Shown one piece after another: positions 55,657 to 64,000 of a DNA stretch of 64,000 bases (positions are counted from its first letter, which is position 1; each line of letters begins with the position of its first letter). The position numbers and the translations under genes are program-made. The DNA lies in contig OX337228.1 in NCBI GenBank assembly GCA_946965045.2, forward strand, positions 4,650,001 to 4,714,000, given 5' to 3'. The notes beneath the pieces are model-generated. The model was not told the origin of the DNA. It made no database searches and saw only the letters and a program-made list of their open reading frames with translations. This stretch comes from Epithemia pelagica. Its lineage: Eukaryota > Protista > Bacillariophyta.

Positions 55657-56949
55657 TTACCAATCATTATCGTCGTCACGTTGATGATGATTCATCATAA
55701 TGTTCTTGTGCGCCTTGGTATTCCTTTTTGTCATTGGTTGGTTTTGCCGTTTGTTGGCGATTGTTTTGTTCATGTCGGTATGTCGCGTACCGACGGAAAC
55801 GGGTTGGGGAAACCACCATTGGGACTCTTTCTTATTGTTGTTGTTGTTGTGTTGAGGTTGTGTGGTGGCGGCCGAGGAAGGCGAGGACTTTCGCAACAAT
55901 TGTCGAAGCGCCGTGGCAGCTGCTTCCACAGCCACGACACTGCGATGTCGTCCATAGTCACTGGCGACATGAATAGTCATGTTCAATGGTTTGGCATATC
56001 CGTATCCTCCATCTGTCATGGCACAAACCAAGGCATTTGCGACCCGTTTCGCCAAGTCTTGTGCCAGCTCTCTGAGGCATGAGCAGCTCCCGGTGGTGAC
56101 ATCCTTGCTTGCCGAGGGCGTGGCGGTAGTAGTTTGGTGATTCTTGTCGTTCTGTGGTTCTTGTTCTCGTGATTGTGTCAATAAGATGCGTCGTATCAAG
56201 CCGGACAATCCATCTTGCCATTGCAAATGAGAAGGTGCAGTAGGATAGTCGGTTGTATCGACCACTGGTAAGGGTTGGGCAAAATTGACAGCCGAGTCCA
56301 TGGTCGTCGTGTCATGATTCCCCTCGGAGGACCAAGCGGCCGGTGCTGCTGTAGCAGTGGCAGGAATTCCATAATGATATCCAAACGAGACAAATTCCAC
56401 ATGAATGGGAGCCTTTCCAGCCACACGCAATTGATTGTGCCATGTCGTCGTATCGTTCTGCGGGTCCATGTCGTCGTCCTCATTTGTGTCATGGTCCACT
56501 GGTTCTCCTAATACAGTGTTTTCGTTATTGGAAGTTGGTTGTTGGTTCCAATGAGGATCGTACTCTCCATATTCTTGTTGGAGCAAGGTCTCGAGTGAGG
56601 CGGGTGTCTGCAAGGGATTGGAGCGACAATTGGCCTTGTCCTCCTCTTCCTTCTCGATGTTGGTAGTTCCTTCGTCCTTTTTGATGGTATTCCCAAGAGT
56701 GGTTGATTCATTACTGGACAAGGATTGTGGTCGAGACCAGGACTTGCTGGTCAAGGATGGACCTCCACCCAACAACGACGACCGTGACGGATTGGCATTC
56801 TTCTTTCTCGGATGGATCCTCTTGTTATTCTTGTGGTGGTCGGATCGGTTGTCATCTTGTGTCGATGGTGTGGGCAATTTTTTCTTTTTCTTTTGTGTCG
56901 AGTAGGTTTCCCAACCACCATCCTCCTCCTCCTGGTCGTTGGAAGCCAT
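55657..56949 (-). CDS. Protein with RapZ C-terminal-like domain
   Basis: VEFVSFGYHYGIP, DGLSG, IHVASDYGRHRSVVAVE and VGTRHTD resemble RapZ-CTD motifs (SFGFKxG; GxHRSV; HRD). Start MASNDQ at 56949. Confidence 0.6.
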   Translation of the reverse strand: MASNDQEEEDGGWETYSTQKKKKKLPTPSTQDDNRSDHHKNNKRIHPRKKNANPSRSSLLGGGPSLTSKSWSRPQSLSSNESTTLGNTIKKDEGTTNIEKEEEDKANCRSNPLQTPASLETLLQQEYGEYDPHWNQQPTSNNENTVLGEPVDHDTNEDDDMDPQNDTTTWHNQLRVAGKAPIHVEFVSFGYHYGIPATATAAPAAWSSEGNHDTTTMDSAVNFAQPLPVVDTTDYPTAPSHLQWQDGLSGLIRRILLTQSREQEPQNDKNHQTTTATPSASKDVTTGSCSCLRELAQDLAKRVANALVCAMTDGGYGYAKPLNMTIHVASDYGRHRSVVAVEAAATALRQLLRKSSPSSAATTQPQHNNNNNKKESQWWFPQPVSVGTRHTDMNKTIANKRQNQPMTKRNTKAHKNIMMNHHQRDDDNDW

Positions 56950-57158
56950 GGTGATGGAGCGAAAAAATGATTGGTCCTCGGTTTGATGTTTGATCGCTTT
57001 TCGCGATGGATCTGGAACGCACATAGGTCGCCCTTAAAAGTAAAGCAGTGTATCTCGAACCTTATTGGAAGTTTATCATCAACGCCGCCGTGAGCCGCAT
57101 CGGAGATCCAAACGAGAGAAGGTGAGCATTCCATAATACCCCAAAACAAGTACAAAGC

Positions 57159-59303
57159 ATGAAAAGCAAGAAACGATCGTATGGAGAGAGCCAGGCTTCG
57201 TCCATGTCGGTGGTGGAAGCAGAAGAGAGTCAGAATCATTCCAATGGGAGATCTTCCAACACGACGACGACGACGCTGCATCGTTCCACCACAGGCACAG
57301 ACACTAATACGGTCCCACGGTTTGTGTTGGAACAGCAAGTGTTGAGTTTGCAAATGGAATTGGAGCACGAACAATCCGTTCGAGCCTTGGATCAAACACG
57401 ATCCCGACAATTGCAGGAACGATTGGAACATCAAGTGGAATGGGCGGTCCAACAAGCCAAGGAGGCAACCCAGGCCTTGGATACCTTTCGACAACAATCG
57501 GACCAGACCACACGAAAATTGCGACAAGCCAATGAACGTGCCATGGCACAAGTGCGACAATACGAAATTGAACGACTCGAACGGGGACATCCCATTGAAC
57601 AAACCGATGACGACGACGATGATGATGATGATGATGATGATGAGAATAGCGAGCAGGCAGGAGCATCGAGTATGACAACCGTCTGGAAACAAAAATGTCA
57701 ACATTTGGAGCAATTGTTGGAAAGCCAGCGAACAAAGGAACGGGAATTGCATGAACGCTATTATGCTCTGAGATCGGAACTGCAAGAACAACAACAGCAA
57801 CAGAAACAGGCATCCCCCGAACCAGTGCCACAGCAACAGCAACAAGTAGTTAAGGATGCCGACGACCAGGAAAACAGCAAGGAATGGACAAAAGTGCGCA
57901 TGGCATTGGCCGATTCGGAACGTCGCGAACGACAATTGCAGCGCAAACTGCAAGACTTGCAACGACGTCACGAACGATTGTTGCGCGAATCGGAACAAGC
58001 CACACTCTCGCACCAACGGTTGCCCGTAGTACAAGAAGAACTGACCACTCTGCGTCGGGATCATGAACAAACGGTGGCCACACAACGCGCCTGGAAAGAC
58101 TTTGGAACAAAGCTCACCCATCAAATCGCAGTGGACAAACCGAAACAACCAGATGGCCTCCCTACTCCACTGGGGCCTCCTCCCGAAGTATGGTCGGTCC
58201 AACGAAGTTTGGAGGAAGCCCACACACGCGTCCGTACTCTGGAACAAGACAAGCAAGCCTTACAGCAACAATTGGAAATGGTCCGCACCGACATCGTCCA
58301 ATCCTTAAAACAGCAGTTGCAACAAGAGGTTGAAGCTGCGAATGCGGCCCGCACGCAGAGTCAACAATTGCAACAAGAATTGACTGTGCAGCAAAAAGAG
58401 GTTTCGGAATGGAAGGCCAAGGCCGAGATCTATCAACGAGAAATTGGTAATTTGCAAAACTTGATTCAAACCTTGAATGACTTGCCCGTTCCGGGGAATC
58501 CCACGACGCAAGGTGATGCGGACGCTTCCATGAAAATGTTAGAGTTGTCCTTGTCAACCAAGACGGAGGAACTGAAAATGGCGGGAAAACAGGTGACGCA
58601 ATGGAAAACTCAAGCTGAAACCACACAAACAGAATTGGATCGAGTCAAGGAAAAATTTGGAAAATTGCGTCAAGCCTTACAAACCGAACGGACTAAGGTA
58701 GAGGAAGCGGAGCAACGAGCCCAGCAAGCCGAACGATTGGCCGGGAAGGGATCCTTCAATCCCGAAACCACTCGTGTCGTCCACTTGCAAAATACGCCCT
58801 TGGCACAAGCCCTCAAGGAAGAAATCCAAGTTCTTCAACGGCAATTACAAGTGGCACAACAACGAGATTCCTCCAAGTCTCCGGCCACCCTATCGCAACA
58901 TGATCCAGCCAAGTTGAATCAGCGTCTCAAGGAAAATTTCAAGGAACAAATTGCCTTGTTTCGGGAAGGCGTCTATCTCATGACGGGTTACAAAGTGGAC
59001 ATGTTGCCTAGTACTAGTAGTAGTGGTAGTAGCGGCAGCGGTTCCGATCATCAAGACATTTCCTTTCGGGTACGATCCATGTTTGCCGAACAAGAAGACG
59101 ATCATTTGCTGTTGAAATGGCGTCGAAGCACGGGAGCAACCACGAGTAGTGGTGGTATGGATATCTTGAGCACACCACTGGCCCAAGTCTTGTCCAAGAC
59201 ATCGACCTATGACTACATGACCAAATTTCATTCCCTCCCAGCCTTTTTGGCCGGTGCCCAATTGGAGTGGTTTGAAAAACAAACTGTCGTCTTCCAAGGT
59301 TAG
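57159..59303 (+). CDS. MAD1: Spindle assembly checkpoint protein Mad1
   Basis: Long coiled coil, then GSFNPETTRVVHLQNTP, QRLKENFKEQIALFREGVYLMTGYKVDM, RVRSMFAE and SLPAFLA, the typical Mad1 C-terminal domain. Confidence 0.88.
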   Translation: MKSKKRSYGESQASSMSVVEAEESQNHSNGRSSNTTTTTLHRSTTGTDTNTVPRFVLEQQVLSLQMELEHEQSVRALDQTRSRQLQERLEHQVEWAVQQAKEATQALDTFRQQSDQTTRKLRQANERAMAQVRQYEIERLERGHPIEQTDDDDDDDDDDDDENSEQAGASSMTTVWKQKCQHLEQLLESQRTKERELHERYYALRSELQEQQQQQKQASPEPVPQQQQQVVKDADDQENSKEWTKVRMALADSERRERQLQRKLQDLQRRHERLLRESEQATLSHQRLPVVQEELTTLRRDHEQTVATQRAWKDFGTKLTHQIAVDKPKQPDGLPTPLGPPPEVWSVQRSLEEAHTRVRTLEQDKQALQQQLEMVRTDIVQSLKQQLQQEVEAANAARTQSQQLQQELTVQQKEVSEWKAKAEIYQREIGNLQNLIQTLNDLPVPGNPTTQGDADASMKMLELSLSTKTEELKMAGKQVTQWKTQAETTQTELDRVKEKFGKLRQALQTERTKVEEAEQRAQQAERLAGKGSFNPETTRVVHLQNTPLAQALKEEIQVLQRQLQVAQQRDSSKSPATLSQHDPAKLNQRLKENFKEQIALFREGVYLMTGYKVDMLPSTSSSGSSGSGSDHQDISFRVRSMFAEQEDDHLLLKWRRSTGATTSSGGMDILSTPLAQVLSKTSTYDYMTKFHSLPAFLAGAQLEWFEKQTVVFQG

Positions 59304-60043
59304 AAAACGTTTGATGCAGCGGAACGTGAATATTTTTTTTTATTCGAACCTTGCATCCAAAATCTGAATTGAAACACGACGCAAGAAAAATACATGTACT
59401 TTCGCTTTTTCTGTTTCAAGTCGACGCCTCGAATGCATATGGTAGACAGAGACCGTAAGCGACTCTCCATATACACTATAAAAATGATTGTCGATCTTCC
59501 GGAATTCTCTAAATAATTCAATTACCTAGCCGTGGCGAACCAGAAAACGAAACTGAAAACGATAAACGGTCAGGATTGTCCTTCATGACTTTGAGTACCC
59601 CCTCCCCCAATTGTCTCGTCGCCTCCTCCCACCAACACCACATTCCCAGCCACCAACAATCCTCAGCTGCAACAAGCCAACGTCCCAAGACGGGGCCCTT
59701 GTGCCTAAGAATGTCCGTCGCATCCTCTTTGCGTTCATTTCCCCGTTGATGCCCAGTTCCCCATTGCTCTTGGACCCTTGCCTCCCCTCTCCCCAACCAA
59801 CCACGCCGCCACCTGATTGACCACCTACGCAACACCCATTCTGATTTGCCCACCCATACATATCTTACTGACTCCTACTGCAAAAAAGCCAACATCTTTC
59901 CCTGGTTTTCATTCTTCTTCATCTATTAGTCTCTTAACCATTAAATACAACGGCCATGGCGGAAATGAACCGTTCGATATGTGCAGGCCACATCAATCAT
60001 CGTCGAAATCATTGTCATTGTGGAAACCATCAAGCCGTACTAA

Positions 60044-60846
60044 GGCTATCTCCACCCGGGCCCGCTAAAGGCCCCAAAACCGCTATCGAACTCCACCATC
60101 TCCTCTAACCGCTAACCAGCTCCACTATCCGCTATTTTTGCCGCTATTGGGGGCCCCGAATAGCGGGGAAAATAGCGGATAGCGGAGCAAAATATAACCG
60201 TCGGCATAAATAAATTAACGTCTGCTGCCAACAGTGAAACTTTGAATCTCTCGTGTCGAAAACATGGCAATGGCACGTATTGATTGTGACGATCGCTTAC
60301 CATCTCTTTTTCCATTGTTGTGTTCCCTACTTCCTACAATGGGACAAGAACCATGCACATGCACAGCAAGATGCTTCGAGGATCACGGATCGGAAGGAAT
60401 GTAACAATCAAACAAATGCATCATTCAAACTATTGATGAGTTCGATTATCAATTATCAGACAATCAATCGGAAATCGGACAGGGAATAGGACGATTGGAC
60501 TGCAACCTACAACCTACATCTACATTGGCCATGAACAACAACATGATTCACCATAACAGTCAACAATGAAGAGGGAGAACAACGAGTCCTCCATCTTTGG
60601 TTTATGCTTTGTGCTCTCGTTGATTGTCTTGTTTGAATTCCGCAACTTCCGCGGTCGCACCCCTTTTTAACCGAAACAAGAGAGGGCATATGCGCAATGC
60701 GTACGCGCAACGCGAGATAGCGGCGTTCTTTTAACGGAGATCGTGGAGTTTATTTCCCTTTGGCTCCGCTAATCCGCTATCCGGATAGCGAGGCCAATCA
60801 GAAAGCCCCAATACGTCAGCATAGCGGCGCTCGGGTGGAGATAGCC
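60044..60846. mobile_element. Tourist-like (PIF/Harbinger) MITE, 803 bp, TAA target duplication
   Basis: 15-bp perfect TIR GGCTATCTCCACCCG at both ends, TAA at 60041-60043 and 60847-60849, about a dozen subterminal CCGCTA/TAGCGG hexamers. Confidence 0.92.
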
Positions 60847-61089
60847 TAACTACCTAGGAGTAACAAAGAGCACTTAGGGGTAGCGTTTGGGGCTTACGTT
60901 ATTTTTGCAGGCAGTACAAAAATAATGCGCGCTACCGCTCGCCCAGTAACGGCGTCGTCTTCGTACTGTACGAAACCGTTGCTGCTTTTTCACGCAACGA
61001 GAACGAGGTTCATCGGCGCCTCTTCTGTGTAGCTAAAAAAGGGGAACCAACATGGAAGAAATCTGGACAGGGAAGAAATCATCTCCAGA

Positions 61090-61686
61090 ATGGCTGCTCC
61101 ACCAAATGTTGCGGACGCCGCGGCACAGGCATCCCTAAACCAATTCAACGATGTTGCTGCCCCCCTCACCACGCGCGCGTCTCGTTCCTCGAAACGTCTA
61201 CGAATGGCGAGGGAATTGCAATCTGTTGGACGCATCACCGAGGCTGAACTTGGTGAACATGAAGCTTTTCATGCTAATTGTGCTCTGGCTGCCGGCCCTC
61301 CGGCCCTCGCCGCTATTCCAGGTCTTCCTCCATGGTTTGTTCCAGCCATGGCAGCATCGTTGGTGCCTATTCAAGGTCAATTGAATAATATTCAAGGTCA
61401 ATTGAATAATATTCAAGGTCAATTGAATAATATAGAAGCCCGTCAAGTGAATATGGAAGCCTGTCAAGTGAATATGGTGGCCAGCGATGCTCAGGACCCA
61501 CTCCGTCCACTATCCAATGCAGCCGGCATCGTTTACCCCAATTTCCCAAACACGTACGCGCAGCTGAATCGTATGAACGGAGGTCAAATGACTAATTTTC
61601 TGAATCATTATGCATTGGCTGTCGGTGGGAACAATGTGGCTAAAATGCACCGAATCAAGAAGTTTATTGGCCTCCGAATTGCCTGA
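61090..61686 (+). CDS. Mug135-like C-terminal domain protein with heptad repeats
   Basis: AR..N...DPLRPLSNAAGIVYPNFPNT...L...M..FL.HY.L...K..RIKKFIG matches the Mug135_C (DUF1773) pattern as I recall it. Intronless. Confidence 0.65.
   Translation: MAAPPNVADAAAQASLNQFNDVAAPLTTRASRSSKRLRMARELQSVGRITEAELGEHEAFHANCALAAGPPALAAIPGLPPWFVPAMAASLVPIQGQLNNIQGQLNNIQGQLNNIEARQVNMEACQVNMVASDAQDPLRPLSNAAGIVYPNFPNTYAQLNRMNGGQMTNFLNHYALAVGGNNVAKMHRIKKFIGLRIA
61369..61431 (+). repeat. 3 perfect 21-bp coding repeats (IQGQLNN)
   Basis: attcaaggtcaattgaataat x3, followed by two near-identical 21-mers (gaagcc[c/t]gtcaagtgaatatg). Confidence 0.95.
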
Positions 61687-61917
61687 AACTGCCTTTGGGA
61701 AGTTGCTGACTGCGCAACTCCAGATCGAATTTACAATGACCGAGTCCATCTTCAAACCCACACCAATACAAACATTCTCGAACCACCACCAACTCACAAC
61801 TAGTAATCAAAACCATACGTAATCTACCATGCGAATTCCATGTTCCTTGGACCAACTCTTTAGCAAGGCGAATTGGCGAGAATACGTCCTACGAATAGTT
61901 CTGTTACCAAAGACGCA

Positions 61918-63993
61918 TCACAAAGACGCTAGATCTCCCTCAGTGTCTTCGTCACTTCTTCCCAGTACACGTGCGTATCGCTCTTTGTAACGGTTGTCGT
62001 AGCTATCGTCATCGTCATCGCCCATTGAATACAAGGACCTCGATGCCGACTGATCAATCCGACTAAAACTCCAGGAGCCACCAAGTCTGGGAAGTCCACT
62101 GGATTCGCTTTCGCTGTCCCGTCTCTTTCGATTCTTGCGTCGCCTACTTGTACTGGTTGAAGTACTGCTTTGACTTCCGTGCGAGGAATTCCCATCTGTT
62201 TCCGATGGCAAGTGCACCATCTTCTCATCTGGAGATGAGTTCGACTCCGCTGCAACAGGCTCACTAGGATTGGCCCTCTTGCGTATCCCCATTCCAACTC
62301 CCATGAAAGGCCAGGATTTTGATGATGTAGCATCAGACTCGTCTTGTTCCGTCCTGTTGCGTTTCCATGCCCGAACTCCCATTATTCCAGCAGCGATTAA
62401 TCCACCCAAGGCAAAAAGAAGCAGAACAATTTGCCATCCACTCATGGAGTCACTGTCATCGCCTTTTTCGTTATCAAGAGAGTTGCTCAAGCCATCCACA
62501 GACTGCTGTTTTGATGGTTGGAGCGATGGTTCCTCTGTTGCGACTGACGGGTTTATGCTTGGGGAACCCACATGACCGTCAATATCATCATCGGTTCTGT
62601 TTTCAGTGTTATTGTATACACTAGGACTATTCAGTGGTGACAACCCTTCATCGGTTGAATATGGCGAGGGACGCGTTGTCGGCCATTGTGTAGGCCATTG
62701 TGTAGGCCATTGTGTCGGAATTTTGCTTGGTCTTCGACGCCGACTTGGTTGAACGCTTGGTCTAACAGTGGTTGGTAATAGAGTTGATATGAAGCTTGGC
62801 TGCGGCGTCGAATCCTCCGAGAGCGTGTTCTGAAAATTTGGTGTTCGGGTGGGAGCTATGGTTGGTCTCCGTGTTGGAAATTTACTATAAGTCGTCGATG
62901 GAGCACTTGATACGCCGGAAGGGTTCTTTGTAGTGATCGGTGCAATGGTTGGAGAGCGAGACGGGGGTATTGTTGGTGAGGGATTCGGGAGAACTGCTTC
63001 TTTGGATGGCTGTAAGCTTGGGTCTAAGGTGGGACCAGATGTAGGTTCTTCTGTCGTGGGCGAGGCCGAAGGTTCACGGGTGGGAGCCTGAGTTAGACTT
63101 TGGGTGCGTAATGATTCTTCTGTGGGAGACGATGTTAATTTGACCGATGGAGTTTGGGTCGGTTCTTCTGATGGTGTGGAAGAAGGTTCTTCTGATGGTG
63201 TGGAAGATGGTAGACTGCTTTTGCTTGGCAGTGCGCTGGGAAAAAGGGTGGGTGTTGCACTAGGTCCGGATGTAGGGTCCAGGGATGGTACAATACTGGG
63301 AAGCATGGAAGGAGCAGAACTTTGGGAGGGCAGGACACTTGGCGTTCTAGTCGGAGCCTCTGTTGGTGAAGCGGATGGAAACGTACTTGGTTGATTGGAT
63401 GGGGTATTTGTTGGATCATGGGTCGGTGACGAAGTAGGGGTACCAGAAGGTTGTTCACTAGGTGTAGCGCTTGGTTGGGCACTAACGGTAGGGACTGAAC
63501 TTGGGGCTGCACTTTGACTGGGTTGGGCCGAAACTGTAGGCACTAGACTGGGCATGTCACTTGGCGTCCCTGTGGGTGTAGCAGTTGAAGGGGCGTAGGT
63601 CGCAGAGGTTGGGTCCAATCCAACAAAGGACTCTGGGGAAGACGGCGAACTTGCGGCGGGAGACAAAGCGGGAGAAGCAACTGGAGATGAAAGCAGCCAC
63701 TCTCGAATGTTACATGTTTCACTGGTAAAAATGGTGGTTAAGTTTCCACAAGTCGCAGCAATCGAAACTGTACAGGGCCACATTTCTGCTATCGAAACAT
63801 CCTGAATCTCGCAACCACTAGGAACTGTCAAGTTTTCTCTCAGTAGCCATGTCGATGACTGGTTCTTTCCTTGATTGGCGAACAAAGCCATGCCATTTTG
63901 TGCACTCATCGCAAACACAGCGTCTGATAAGCCTGCCTTGTTGTATATTGCACCGAGTTTGACAGCGGTGGTGCGAGTCGACAATTGAGGCAT
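61918..63993 (-). CDS. Mucin-like single-pass membrane protein (5'-truncated by the window edge)
   Basis: Cys-containing segment, PSxxPS/PT stalk, TM GWQIVLLLFALGGLIAAGIMGV, basic stop-transfer and Ser-rich tail. The frame appears to continue past the window end. Confidence 0.8.
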   Translation of the reverse strand: MPQLSTRTTAVKLGAIYNKAGLSDAVFAMSAQNGMALFANQGKNQSSTWLLRENLTVPSGCEIQDVSIAEMWPCTVSIAATCGNLTTIFTSETCNIREWLLSSPVASPALSPAASSPSSPESFVGLDPTSATYAPSTATPTGTPSDMPSLVPTVSAQPSQSAAPSSVPTVSAQPSATPSEQPSGTPTSSPTHDPTNTPSNQPSTFPSASPTEAPTRTPSVLPSQSSAPSMLPSIVPSLDPTSGPSATPTLFPSALPSKSSLPSSTPSEEPSSTPSEEPTQTPSVKLTSSPTEESLRTQSLTQAPTREPSASPTTEEPTSGPTLDPSLQPSKEAVLPNPSPTIPPSRSPTIAPITTKNPSGVSSAPSTTYSKFPTRRPTIAPTRTPNFQNTLSEDSTPQPSFISTLLPTTVRPSVQPSRRRRPSKIPTQWPTQWPTQWPTTRPSPYSTDEGLSPLNSPSVYNNTENRTDDDIDGHVGSPSINPSVATEEPSLQPSKQQSVDGLSNSLDNEKGDDSDSMSGWQIVLLLFALGGLIAAGIMGVRAWKRNRTEQDESDATSSKSWPFMGVGMGIRKRANPSEPVAAESNSSPDEKMVHLPSETDGNSSHGSQSSTSTSTSRRRKNRKRRDSESESSGLPRLGGSWSFSRIDQSASRSLYSMGDDDDDSYDNRYKERYARVLGRSDEDTEGDLASL

Positions 63994-64000
63994 TGTCTGT

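Noticed and set aside
56751-58256. 501-aa minus-strand ORF
   Set aside because: Antisense shadow of the Q/E-rich MAD1 coding sequence.
59520-60040. Possible gene or TE fragment between MAD1 and the Tourist-like MITE
   Set aside because: Only short ORFs with no motifs or termini; cannot be supported.
62688-62720. 12-bp tandem repeat (TQWP x3)
   Set aside because: Ordinary short coding repeat within a mucin stalk.

Overview
Gene-dense eukaryotic window, most likely from a (pennate) diatom, inferred from short GT-AG introns, a diatom-type Ty1/copia (CoDi-like) element, a silicanin-like gene and bipartite plastid presequences. The species cannot be determined. It contains about 22 protein-coding genes: ubiquitin-domain type II PI4K, IMPase, USP22/Ubp8-like DUB, CDP-DAG synthase, GARP/Myb TF, MFS transporter, Mpv17/PMP22, lipoyl synthase, silicanin-like protein, CLEC16A/TT9, Pex3-like, RapZ-C-like, Mad1, a Mug135_C-like protein, two mucin-like proteins and several orphans. 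Mobile DNA: one intact, very young copia LTR retrotransposon (10943-18028, minus strand, identical 174-bp LTRs) and two PIF/Harbinger-superfamily-type MITEs (52302-53003, 60044-60846). The retrotransposon carries the most interesting signals. (1) Its leader holds a tRNA-derived segment with Pol III A and B boxes, whose 5' part is complementary to the sequence at the primer-binding-site position right after the 5' LTR, suggesting a self-encoded reverse-transcription primer. (2) gag and pol are in frame, separated by one UGA that is followed at once by an 87-nt stem-loop, suggesting stop-codon readthrough. All calls were made by eye with no database searches or folding programs.
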